64,000 nucleotides of DNA from positions 25,978,001-26,042,000 of the forward strand of contig NW_026262690.1 of assembly GCF_021869535.1 (NCBI RefSeq), in the 5' to 3' direction. This document shows positions 39,655 through 52,700 of the stretch, piece after piece. The notes beneath the pieces were generated by a model. That model did not search any database and had not been told where the DNA came from. It saw only the letters and a program-made list of their open reading frames with translations. Each line of letters begins with the position of its first letter. The first letter of the stretch is position 1. The position numbers were made by a program, and so were the translations under genes. Source of the DNA: Mytilus californianus (Eukaryota).

Positions 39655-39790
39655 CTAGAGCGTCACTGAAAAGACATTAATTGTCGAAATGCGCCTCTGT
39701 TGCAGTAAAATTTGTACAATAATTTTATTACTACCACTGGTTCGCAAATACATCATGAGCCCAGTAGCCAGTACTTCGTTACTGGCATGA
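39655..39790 (+). mobile_element. Fragment of a third hammerhead-bearing repeat family, core mutated
   Basis: gagcgtca-CTGAAAA-gaca-ttaat-tgtc-GAAA-tgcgcctc: stem II intact but CUGANGA changed to CUGAAAA. A related decayed copy lies at ~16690-16735. Confidence 0.5.
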
Positions 39791-40654
39791 AAAAAAAACA
39801 ACTTTAGATTTGTACATTGTGCAACATTTCAGGTAGATATGAAAACACGAAGTTATAAATCACTCATTTGCATGAAACTTGAATGAAAGTTTGCATGCAT
39901 CACACCACTAAAAACCTTATGATACGTTAGTATGTTGCATATATGTAATTATTATAACAGAACATTAAAAAAATCAATTTTCTTATTCTTTTCAATACCA
40001 TCACCCGGGTAAAGGAAGACATAAATCGTAATACCCTTTAAATTGAATAGTAGCTTTATATTTGTACAATTCATGTATAATTATGTCCTGTTCTTGAACA
40101 TCTAAATCTTGAAACTATCGTAATGAGACAAATATAAGAATTTTATTTTATGTGTTTGTCAAGAAATATACAAAGTTTTAACGTAAAACGAAACTGTTTT
40201 GCAATAATTGTTTCTAAATAAAAAAAATCATATTACAATAACTTTCCGTCTTAATTGGAAAAGATAAGAAATAAGACAAATATAGAATCCACTTAAACCA
40301 ACATTTTAAATCAAGCTTATAAAACTCTTGTTTAATTAAGTCTGATAACAAAATATTTTTCTTGTTTGTTCACTATGCATTCAGATAATTATAAAAGTAA
40401 GAAAGTGTTGTTTTATTCCCATTGAGACAACTATCCAATAAAGACCAACGGTCTGATTTATGCTACTTCAATAAACGAGGAATAAATATGACACACAGTA
40501 ACCAACGACAAACACTCGATTACAGGTCTTTGCTATGGACGGGCACACAAAGTCTTGTTCGAATACATTACAAAAATGTGAAAATGTGGTTTTCAATTTA
40601 CTAAGTAGGAGATCTTATGCGATTATGATGAGATATAAAAGTTACAAAAATGAA

Positions 40655-41235
40655 AACAACACGTTATTAATTTCATGCGTCCCAAGCGCTTTTCTGGATT
40701 TAACTTCATCAGGAACGCTCGAATCAATGATGAATAAGAACCGAAACAGTTGAAGAGCTATATTACCAAAAATGACCTAAGAAATAGCCAAATCCATCTT
40801 AGGTCAAGTTGCCTGAGGGAGTTGAAATCTTAGTTTCTTATAATTTCAAAATTTATTAACGGACTCTTTTAGAAAGGTTTGTTATGAATCATGTCAGTGC
40901 CGAAGTACTGACTTCTGAGCTTACGATACCCTCGGGGACTTGCAGTCCACCAGCAGAGTTTCGACCCAGTACTGTAAAAAAGGAAAAACAACACGTTATA
41001 AATTACATTCGTCCGAAGCACTTTTCTGGATTTACCTTCATCAGGAACGCTCAAAGCCGAGTCTTTGAAAGCCAAGGATGAATAAGAGCTATTTAACAAA
41101 CAAACAAAAAAGGACACAAAAAAGCCAAATCCTTCTACGGTCAACTTTTCCTGAGGGAGTTGAAATCTCAGTTTCTAATAATTTCAAAACTTATTAACGG
41201 ATACTTTTAGAAAGGTTTGTTATAAATCATGTCAA
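40655..41235 (-). mobile_element. Tandem non-LTR retrozyme-like repeat, ~332-nt period, two hammerhead motifs
   Basis: The hammerhead 5' arm aggaacgctc occurs at 40711 and 41043, and the adjacent ~150 nt are repeated. The left motif has UUG at the cleavage site. Confidence 0.7.
41009..41052 (-). ncRNA. Type I hammerhead-like motif (UUC site) in a retrozyme-like unit
   Basis: gagcgttc-CTGATGA-aggtaaatcca-GAA-aagtgctt-C-ggacg: stem I cgttc/ggacg, self-complementary stem III, atypical very short stem II. Confidence 0.65.
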
Positions 41236-44200
41236 CATTTCAAGTAGATTTGAAAACACGAAGTTATAATCACTTATTTGCATGAGACTTGGATGAAAGT
41301 TTGCATTAAACATAACATCGAAAACGTTATGATACGTTAATTCTCATCACATAAAAAAAATAAATACCACCACTACATGAGATTAATTGTTCATGAATGA
41401 AAGTTAATTTGACTAAAATTATCTTTGTATCGAACAAAAAATGTAATCATATAAATTAAGCCGATAGTAGTTTCCCGATGTTCAGATATATATATATATC
41501 GATTAGAAGAGATATATCTAGATAATAAATCTAAACTGAGAAATTCTCATGAACTCCAAAATGAGTAAGATCGGGTGCGTCGACAGGGTAAGTGTCTCCT
41601 GCTTAGAAAACATCCTCCGCCATGCGAATTCTTACTCAATCAAAATATTACAAGCGGGAATAAAACACAAACGGTAAAATTACAGATTAAACGATTTTAC
41701 TTGTATCTAAAGATCTCAGACCGCGAAAACATCTCTAGTGAATTGAGACACCGACACATGGCATCGATCAACCAAATCTGTTGGAGCAGTTTTTATGTAA
41801 TGTGAACAACCCTGCTAATGAAGTCTGTATGTTGTGAACATGCACGAGTGTAACATATTAACTGAAATATTTAACATACGATATGGATGGAGTAGAAGGT
41901 ATGTTACTGCGTTTTCCTGATCTTTTGAAGTAGTTTTTACGGGTTTGAATAGCTTATGGTTCGCAACGTCCATAATTGTTGCAACTAATCTATACTTGGG
42001 CCTCTTGAAAAAGGTGAATTGAACTTTGAAAAAGGTATGAAAAAGAGTTTAGTTAGAATTAAACCTTCAAACGTTACATACAATGAAACAGTCATATCAT
42101 ACTGCATGCATTACATTTCTGGGAAATAATTGAAAATACTTTGGTTTTTTTACGCAATCACGTTAGATTGTAAAAGCCTGAATCATGTATAATTCAACTC
42201 AAAATTATAAATTATCTTTCTTATAACACCTTTTAGATGCCAACAACAAATTGATTGACCTGTGCGATGCTATTATACAATTTTTTGGTAAATTTTGTCT
42301 TGAGTATTTCTGCAGGGCTTTAAACTTCTTGTGTTTCATGCAAACTGCAAGATCTACCAAACTCCCTCATTTTGAGAACTTGTCATCAACTTTGAGATAT
42401 TGTACTTCACTAATTATCATAAACCATTTTAATGTTGATGAAATATCCCATAACAATTTTGGCCCCAAACTATGTGTACAACAGCCATATAATGTCAATT
42501 TAATTTCCATTATCTTAACTCCCATGTAGGCTCTTAAGTGTCCAGATTGTAGCCATACTACTAGTATTTAATTATTGATAAAATTAACACAATTTTAAAA
42601 GGATTGGAGAACTTTTACCAGTACTATTGTATGCAGTTTCAGTGGCCAAATGATGGCTCATAGCATACATTCCCATTTACTCTATAACATTCAATTTGAT
42701 TTTATCATGTCACAAAAGGACCCCTGAAATTGAAAATAAATAAACTTATTCAAGCTTTTCAGAATTATGTTGACTGTATTGATAAATGAACGGGATAATA
42801 TAATCTGGACACTACTATAACGTATTTGACAAAAATGGCGATTTTGCGCATGTTTTTTGTTAAAAACGATATGAACAAAATCTTTACCAAAAAAATGTTT
42901 TTACACGGTATCATCTTTATAAAATATATTATGTAGCAAAATATCTTTTTGGTTAGAGCTGTTGCTCATATCTAAGTATCAATGATAGGTTCTCAAAATT
43001 AGGCTATTTTGGTATTTTTTGGTGTTTTGGATCCATAATGCCTCTATGTAGGACAATATCAAAAATATGAATACTTATGTCCGACAGACTTATATCTTAT
43101 GAACACCTGAGGGATGTTATTTGGAAGATTTACAATACTGTTTGAATCTCGAATCCAAGAGGCCCAAAAGAGTGGTCTTTTCGTACCTTCTTTGTATCTG
43201 AATTATAAATATTAGTTTTGAAACTCATACACCTGAATTCTGGCTTCTAGAATAAATGATTTATGATTGTCCTGTATTTGGATAACCGTAAAAATGAAAT
43301 TAATTCGCATAATGTAAACATTAAGCCGCTTTTGATGCACTTGAACTAGATTATTCAGTCATGACATTATTGACTAAATACATATGCCAATTTATGTCTT
43401 CAGGCATCAAAGACGTTTTATTTTCGTTATCACGAAAACACAAACAGGTAATATGGATTATTAGCTGTTTGTTAAATGTTCTTGTTACGATAATTCATAA
43501 TTGTCGTCGTCGTCGTCGATACCTTCATTCTTCGTGTATATATTCAGTCTTAGTTTTTCACTTTCTGTGATTATTGAAACTACTTAGGCTATTGCAACAG
43601 GACATAGTGATTCAAAATGACTATAATGGTCAACCCTTCAAATAAAAAAGAAAATATTTTATTTCTATGACAATATGTTTGTCATTTTGATTACACAGAA
43701 TTTGCTCTTACTTTTAAATTTACTTTTTCGTTTTGAGAAGTTGACATTTTAAGATTAAGTTTGGATGGAAATCATCTGAATTGGTTGTCTTATGTTATGT
43801 GCATCGTTCAAATATTACTTTTCCATAAATATGACACGAAAGATTTATACAACTGGAAATAAAATAAACATTTATACAATATATTTTAAGTGAATAAGAG
43901 TTAACTTGTAAATTCGGCTAAATAATCTTTTACATTTTTCTGATTTTGATGCAAGTGTTTTCACACATCACAAAGAAGCACTGTTTATGTTGGACTCTTG
44001 GCATTTTCTGTGAAGTATGTGTTTCAGATATACTTTTGCATATTACTTTCAAGTCGGTTTAGATCATTGGTCTGGTTCTGTCCGTACCCTGATAATAAAG
44101 TAAAGGGTATTGACAGTCCGACTTTGTACAGTACAAACCGAAAAAATTCCCGTTAATATATTGTTCGACATACCCGCGGCAAGATCACGAAGTACTGAGC

Positions 44201-44596
44201 TCTAAAGCTAGGTTTCTCTGACTAGAATATGAACACCTTCATAATTAACAGAATCAAAGAGACCGGCAAGAAGTACCAGCCTTGAAGAAACTGACACAAG
44301 TTTTCGACGATAATACCAAATAACTATATGGACTAGGTGTAATGCAGTTTTAAAACTCCTGTTACAAGCACATGGAAATTTTGTCGTCACGTGTAAGACT
44401 CGCCATAGCAATATATTGGTAGTCCCACTTTGAGTTAATAAAGCAAAAAAAAATTAAACCCCAAAAAAAACTTCCGGTGATATAAACATGAACACTATTT
44501 CTCTAAAATTTACCCTATTTTCTGTCTCCATGGTTTTAACATTATTCTATTATTCATATTTACCTAAATGTGTATTGAACATTTATTTTATTTCCG

Positions 44597-45103
44597 TAGG
44601 TATTGTTATATTTGATGATTTGCTAGTGAAAAATTGCTATTCTAGTTAAATTCACAACAAACTCTTTGAAATATAAAACAAAAAGCGCAAAATTCAACCT
44701 TCACATGTGAAATGTAGAAATTTTGTCTTTTGTGCAATACTAGCATACAAGCCGACACAAAATGTGTTGAAAAATAATCGAATATTTTCTGTAAAAACAG
44801 TTGGACTACAAATTGAACCGTCAAAGCTGCTTTCCCATCGATAATATAATCGATAGGTATTGTTATATTTGATGATTTGCTAGTGAAAATTTGCTATTCT
44901 AGTTTAATTCACAACAAACTCTTTGAAATATAAAATAAAAAGCGCAAAATTCAACCTTCACATGTGAAATGTAGAAATTTCGTCTTTTGTGCAATACTAG
45001 CATACAAGCCGAAACAAAATGTGTTGAAAAATATTCGAATATTTTCTGTAAAAACAGTTGGACTACAAATTGAACCGTCAAAGCTGCTTTCCCATCGATA
45101 ATA
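44597..45103. repeat. 257-bp tandem duplication
   Basis: Copies start at 44597 and 44854; they produce the twin ORFs 44642-44824 and 44899-45081 of the track. Confidence 0.95.
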
Positions 45104-45499
45104 ATTGTAAAAGAATTGGCAATTTGTAATGGGAATTACACTGCCTAGGTTTCAGAAGCACCTTTACAAATATAAAACATAATAATGTTGCTAGTTTGTA
45201 AACCATAGTCGGGTTGTCTGTCTTTGATTATCAAATCACGGTTAAATGTAACCGATTTTGAAAAAAAAATATATTCTTCAACTCGACTTAATTGATTGTG
45301 AAATAAAATTCATCGATATGTCTCGAAATTTGACTCGGAAAACTTGTTTATTATTGGGGGTATACGAAATATGAAAAAAAAATTCTTTCTTTTTGCCTCC
45401 ATAGTACTCCAAAGATATGAAACCATGATGATTATTATCCCTTATTATTTTGGCTACTCTGTATAGGTTTTTAAGTCATATAGCTCCTAACGTTGTGAA

Positions 45500-45950
45500 G
45501 TGTGTTTACACATCCCTGACTTTCGGATGTTTAGGTTTGAGTGTGTTTACACATCCCTGACTTTCGGATGTTTAAGTTTGAGTGTGTTTACACATCCCTG
45601 ACTTTCAGATGTTTAGGTTTAAGTGTGTTTACACATCCCTGACTTTCGGATGTTTAGGTTTGAGTGTGTTTACACATCCTTGACTTTCGGATGTTTAGGT
45701 TTGAGTGTGTTTACACATCACTGACTTTCAGATGTTTAGGTTTGAGTGTGTTTACACATCCCTGACTTTCGGATGTTTAGGTTTGAGTGAGTTTACACAT
45801 CCCTAACTTTCGGATGTTTAGGTTTGAGTGTGTTTACACATCCCTGACTTTCAGATGTTTAGGTTTGAGTGTGTTTACACATCCCTGACTTTCGGATGTT
45901 TAGGTTTGATTGTGTTTACACATCCCTGACTTTCGGATGTTTAGGTTTGA
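45500..45950 (+). repeat. 41-bp minisatellite, 11 near-identical copies
   Basis: Unit gtgtgtttacacatccctgactttcggatgtttaggtttga starts at 45500, 45541 ... 45910, with no spacers. Confidence 0.97.
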
Positions 45951-46589
45951 GCGTTTATAACAAAGGTAAATCCAGTAAAGCGCTTCAGACGCACACAATT
46001 TATAACGTGTTTAGTCCATTTTATAACAGCCTTTCTCTTTCAAGTATACAGTAATGTAACATGCAATTGTTTTCAACAAGAAAAACATTCATAAATTGCT
46101 AACAAAAACAACACCTATATCTCTTGCTTCTTAATGTTAACAAAATGAACTATAACAAAAATAAGTTTTGTAGAAGAGTAAGAGATTCTAGTTTATATTG
46201 AACAAAACGAGTAAAACATAATGACTAAAAATAATGATAACGCTCCCTATTAAAGATTTAAATAGTACTTCATATATTGTTATCATGTCGAACTTATCTC
46301 CATAAGAAAAATCCTTAACTTATGGATCTCTTTCTTGTACTGTTTCGTGTCTATTTATTATGATGTGACTGCACTCTGCAATTCAATGTATACCATCAAA
46401 CTTCACACATGACTATGTTCCTCCCTTTAACTCATCGTTTGTTTGATGTTTCAATCATTTGATTGCAAAGTACCTGTGACGTGTTATGATGAAAACAACA
46501 AGAACTATTTTGCATTTTGCATGGCACTTTTGTCTCATGCAATCTGGTTTCCCACGAAATGATGAATGACTGGAATCGTGTGGGTTTTT

Positions 46590-46715
46590 TCACTGTCCCG
46601 GTTTATATGGATTGTAGTCATCTTCCTTTAATGAAGCTAGCGTGTGATTGACAACCCTGTGATGAGCCTCATCTGCACGAATGGCAAGGATCACATCTAA
46701 CATCGTGGCGTTCTC
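46590..46715 (-). CDS. AOX: AOX-A last exon ([41 protein letters not shown])
   Basis: RADEAHH motif and NPYxPGQ terminus. Confidence 0.97.
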   Translation of the reverse strand, partial: ENATMLDVILAIRADEAHHRVVNHTLASLKEDDYNPYKPGQ

Positions 46716-49700
46716 CTAAAGTCAATAAAAATTGCTTCATATTATTTCTTTACGTAAATTAATGAACTAACTAAAAATGTATAATTATAAATGCTCACAT
46801 AAAGAGTCTTATTTGAGTGTTTTGAAGAACAATGAAGTTAATTTGCATGATATGAGGACAATAGCAATACCCTCGTTTACTATCTTGTGATAGAATTAAC
46901 ATTATTCAGCTGTACCAATTTGAAAATTTATTTTGTACACGATGTATTTTGAAACTTTTCGAAGAATTTATACTTTCAGTGGTATTTCATTTATATCATG
47001 TACACAAATATTATTTCGATTAAATGTAAAAAATATAATATTTACTTGTAACTTCCAATAATTAATTGCAATTTCTGGTGCAACCTGTGTCTTCCAATGC
47101 TGCATTGAACCCTTCTGTATGTCCTGTAATTTAAACAATTAGTTAATTAATACATAAATCAGGCCGATGGTTATTCTCGTTTAAATTGTTTCACATTTCG
47201 TCATGCCGGGTCATTTTATAGCTTACTATGAGTATGTGATTTGCTCATTGTTGAATGCGGTACGGTAATCTATAGTCTACGGTCTCTGATGATGTTGAAA
47301 GTTGTTGTGTCATTGGCAATTATACCACATTTCCTTATTTCTAAATTGATAAATTGGATACAAAATTATTTAACTGAACATGCATGTAAGAGGAGTAGCA
47401 AAACAGATTTCAATAAACGGTCTCTATCGTAAACCCAGAAAACTACACGAAGCAATGCTATCAGACGGATAATTAACATAAAAACCTCTCATGTCGTATT
47501 TTTCTTTATGCAATATAATTTAATTTAAAATACTTTGTAACAAAACATGTGCATGATTTACCTGTAAGCATTTAGAGTATGTTATCACTGCTTCTTCCTC
47601 CAAATATCCAACAAATCTGTGACAAAATCTTGGACTCATTAAGTAAGCTAAACTAAACATAGTCACGAAAGTACCTATAATACAAACATCGTCTTAATAG
47701 TGAGATTATGAACATTTTAAAAAGAGAAAAATGAATTACTTATGAATTGGGTAATGTTTCATGTCGGATGTGAATAATTCTTACCATTCAAATTGTAAAA
47801 TAGAGAAACAATGAATTTTCTTTGTTACGATATACTGAAATGATCTTTAAGTTTGTGAAAATTTAGTTTCAAGACGTAACATATGACACACAATGGTCTC
47901 GTGGTAGTGTGTTTGTCTTGAGTAAAGGAAGTATTGGATTCTCTGCTATGTGGTATCAAAAACATACAAAATTTAGCATCAATAACAAAGAATTGGATGT
48001 CAATCTTAAAAGAGGGATGAATAATACCAAAGGGTCAAAACGTTGCACGTTTAGATGAAAACGGCACAAATTGCATCATAGAATAGTCATATAAATGTAA
48101 CAATTTACCTTGTGCCCCTACAACACAAAGTCTAAATAATTGACTGGGTTGACGTAACTGTAATGCTGTCATGAGGTGCATTCTTTCATTTTCTGCTTCC
48201 TCTGCAACGAAAAAGTATAGCTGAATTTAGTCATAAGGGAACCATGTACTTAAAATAACTGAAGTGGGACCTTTTATAAAATACTAGTGGCCATAAATAT
48301 AGAGTACTCGAGTTTTCTGGTCGTACTTTAATCTAATGAAATAATTTGTGAATTGAGAAGGACTGAATTCTGAAGGGAAATATATTTACATTGCATCATT
48401 ATATTCTTTTTACAAAACATTATATGATTAAATGTGTTGTTCCCCTTCTTACGTTGTCATAGGCACATTATTTTTTTTATAATTATCTAGATAATGTACA
48501 TCTTATCACATTTTCTTAAGAAAACGTGTAACAAAGTTTACCTAGAAGTGTGTGGATCCAACCATAATCTCTTTGCATTCGTCTTAAAGAACTTAAATGT
48601 CTTAACATGGCGGCCACCATACCCGGGACACCAGCAACTGTTTCTAGAAAACATATTCGTCTGTAAAGAAAAATAGAAATATAAATTTGTTCTTCAGTCT
48701 TGACATTGCAACGATCTACACATTATGCTCTAACTTCATCAACAATCTACACATTATGCTCTAATTTCATCAACGATCTACACATTATGCTCTAACTTCA
48801 TGCATATATCAATTGAGAATTTATGTCATTTAGAATATATTTGAAAATCTTTGTAAAATTCTTTTGCTTGGGTGATTGCACTTTTTTCAAGACCTTTAGA
48901 AAGCAAGCAATTTATTCACGAAGAAGAAACATGCTCTGCAAAAAATGTGTCTAATGTTGTCACGTAATTGTTTTCTGTTATTTAGATAATGCACAAGACG
49001 GGAAATATTTTTTTACAATAAAAGAGACGTTTCAAAGTGCTTCCATTATCACCCATTTAAATCATCGGTGAAGACGGAATGACTATTTTCGTGAGCTTAT
49101 ATTCTTAAGTTGCTCATTTGCATACATATGTTGAGCATACAGAGATATTCCATGTAATGTTTTGCAGTTTGTATAAAAGCAATCATTTGTAATATATTTC
49201 AGATTTACAATGAAAAGGGAATCTTGCTGTTTTGATTCAACACTGTATAATGTAACAACAATTCACGGCAATTCGTGTAAAATGGAAGCCCCCCCCGCCC
49301 CCCCCCCCCCCCCCCCCCCCACTCTTTGGCATATATATATGTTTTTTGGGAGATGCCCCTCAATTCCATGAATTATTTGTTAAATATTGTTGTAAAATAC
49401 GCATGCAAGTGATATGGATGCCAATTATACACATTCATGACTATTATTATTTTCTGTCTCGATGAACCAACAAAACTAATCAAAAACTTACAAAACCCAT
49501 CTGCGTTCGTTTCTTTCCCCTCTGTTGAAACCACTCAGGGTATCAAAGGTCTTTCGCATTACTTTTACACTGTAGTATGCCATCTACAAAAATATAGAAG
49601 TGTAAGAGAATAAAATCACTCTGCCAGACTTCAGTCCTCTACAATATGTTTCAATTATTATAATTAGTTCTAACTGTATAATGCTTTATCTTATTATTGA

Positions 49701-52700
49701 CTTTTTAAATTTTAGTCTTTTCTTCCAGATTTAACTGATCACAGTATAACAATAGAGAGTTAAAAAAGAGAGGAGAAAGATACCAGAGGGACATTCAAAC
49801 TCATAAATCGAAAATAAACTGACAACGCCATGGCTAAAAAAGAAAAAGACAAACAATAGTACACAAAACACATAAAAAACTAAAGACTAAGCAAAACGAA
49901 CCCCATCAAAAACTGGGGGTGATCTCAGGTGCACCGGAAGGATAAGCAGAACCTGCTCCACATGTGGCACCCGTCGTGTTGCTCATGTTGGTACACAAAA
50001 TACCTATTTGGTTCTATGTTGTAAAGCTCATTTTTCTCATGAAGCGTGTGCTTTTTTTTCTCCAAATAAAATATTTTCAGAAATAAACCTTACAATATTT
50101 ATTACCTTCCTTAAACTATAAAATGATTTACAACGATATCAAATTATCCGATAAATCGCCGTTTACTTATTATAATTAAAAACTTGCCTTGTCAACTATA
50201 CCCTCTGGTGGCTTGTGTGTGACTTGAACACTGTGGAGTTCTCCTTCAGACCTGTGTTGAGAAAAGGATGTGAAGATCTGATTGTTTGTTGTCGTTACTA
50301 CACATAAGAAATTCAAAATCTTTATATTTATTTCTTTTTCGAGGAGGAATATTGTACTTTTGTCTAAACATGTATTTACAACATTCAATTGATAGATAAT
50401 AAAACTAGCAATACAGATATCATTAAAAAATGCCTAATCTTAGTCCTAGAAAATTTAGAGAGTTGAGGGACAATTATTCAAATATAGAAAAGCTTGAGAA
50501 CTTGTTTTTATTATATTGCAAATATGCATAAAATTGACCCGATTTGAGTACCAGTAATGTTAATCTTTAAATTCTTTATCTAAAGTGACAGATCTCATCA
50601 TCAGATACATTTCTATGAGTAAACTAAAAGCGTGGGATGATTCAGGTTTTTTTTAGTTTTTGTGAAATGTTATGTTTTTAGTATAGTTTCCCACAACGTC
50701 CTGTTGGACGATTAACAATATTCAATTACTCTATATAAAAATCGTGACCTATCACTTGTATGCAATTAAAGTAATAATGGATGCATGACGTAGTTTTTTT
50801 TTTATTAAACGCGAAAACGACCATCTTAACAAATCCTGTCAAAACTAATTCATATAGCGCATATCAATTGCTTATTTTTAATTTTTACAAACAGTAGTTT
50901 CTTAATTTGAGGACAGGGCCATTCAACTCTCGGAAAGAATGAATCATACTAATTCATCAACACTAGGTCTATTTAGGCTGCAAAATATTGCAAAGATAAA
51001 AAGAAAATTTCACTTAGATGCCTATTACGGTTCGAGTTTTAACGAAAATTGTATCCTGTTTTCTAATATTTGTCCCGCTTTGACTGCAATATTTCTGCTC
51101 GTTAGATCGATATTATTAACAATATTGTAAAGTAAATAGTTGAAACATTATCCTCTTCCACAAAATTGATCAAAACTCCACGTCATATGTAAGGTTCTGG
51201 AGATATTGATATGTTCTTGTGATTGGTTGGTAAACATAAAGGGTTGAAAAACTTGTGTTAAAAAACAATACGATGGCCATAAAGAGTGAACCTACCATAT
51301 TGGATGAGGTAATGCGTGTGTGCCAATTGGAGGAGGGTCTCCTGATACAACTGCTGATATCTTATCTTCGCTTTTCCTACAAGAGAAAGTACTTTCATTA
51401 GTTCAGTATACTGAAATTACGCGGTGGAGGTAAATAAAAATTTCCTAAGGAATGCTTTCCTGCAAAAACATATCGACGACTTAAAAATAAGCAACGATGC
51501 CAAACTCTAAATGTCAGTGAACCTTAAATAACCATTGACAAGTAGGCACATGTAGGTATGGAGAGTTGAAATCTATCGTGTTGGAGGTATTTATCAGTAT
51601 TGAATGCTTCTTTTGGTAATTTTATAGGGTTGTAAAAGCGTTGACCGTGCATGCGCACATTTTTAGAATGAAGCACTTCCGCGCTTCATACAAAATGTAC
51701 TCAGTCTGTCAACGCTTTTACACCCGAATAAATTTACAAAAAGAAGCATTCAATTCTTAAATGATTCTAGTAAAATGTACATATCAAATATCGAACAAAT
51801 TGAAAAGCTTGTATATTAGTAGCTGACGGATGCTTAAAATGTCGTTATGCGACAAGGAAACGTGTTTTAAAATATGAATTACTAAAAGGCTGCAAAGGAA
51901 ATTTAAATTGTTTTAAGCAACAAACATAGGAGTAAACAAACAACAAAAAACATAGATGACTCAAAGAGTGTTTGTATAGTACTTTGTATAAAACGTACAT
52001 GGATAATAATATGCATATTTCGTTTGTCAGAAACTTTCACATTTTACCAACTGCCATTTACATATACACGCATTATTGATTTTTTATTTGAACTAATTTA
52101 ACTTACTTGAAGTGCTGCAAACTTTTGGGGTCTGGAATGGTTTCATAATTTCCTGCTTTGAATTTTTGTATATTATCGTCTACTTCCCTTTGAGTTGCTA
52201 ACTTTCGAACACTACTGAGTCCCTTAGAAAATGAAGAAGAAGAATAATAGCAGATATTTTTAGAATTAATGAGAGAGATATAATAAAAAAAAATATCATG
52301 AAAGGACTGAAATAAAACCTTAATCTATCCGTGAGTAACTGTAAAGATGGAAATCTATATCCCATAAACTCTTACTCAATGTCTAGGTTACTTTATCATG
52401 TTTATAGTCTCAACTAAAGACAAGATCAAGTCTAAAGTCGCCCCTAGTCGACCCAAGTTGTAAATATATCAAGAAAGAATTTGTTACTTTCCCTAATAAA
52501 TATTGCCGGAATGGCTTTGAGTGGGATCCCGTCTGCGGGATGGCGTTAAAGCTGGGGGAACTAGCTTTTGTATACGTAGTCTGTTATTATTGTACCACAA
52601 GATACGAACTTGTAATATTAGGTTAGATGTTTTGGTACCAATATATGAGATATTGGGTTTTAGATAATGGATTGGAATATATCACAGTTCATTCACATCT

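Noticed and set aside
43960-44440. Slightly GC-richer stretch resembling coding sequence
   Set aside because: All frames I translated hit stops quickly, with no recognisable motif or paired splice sites.
45500-45950. CRISPR-like array of hairpin-containing repeats
   Set aside because: Units are contiguous with no unique spacers, there are no cas genes, and the context is eukaryotic.
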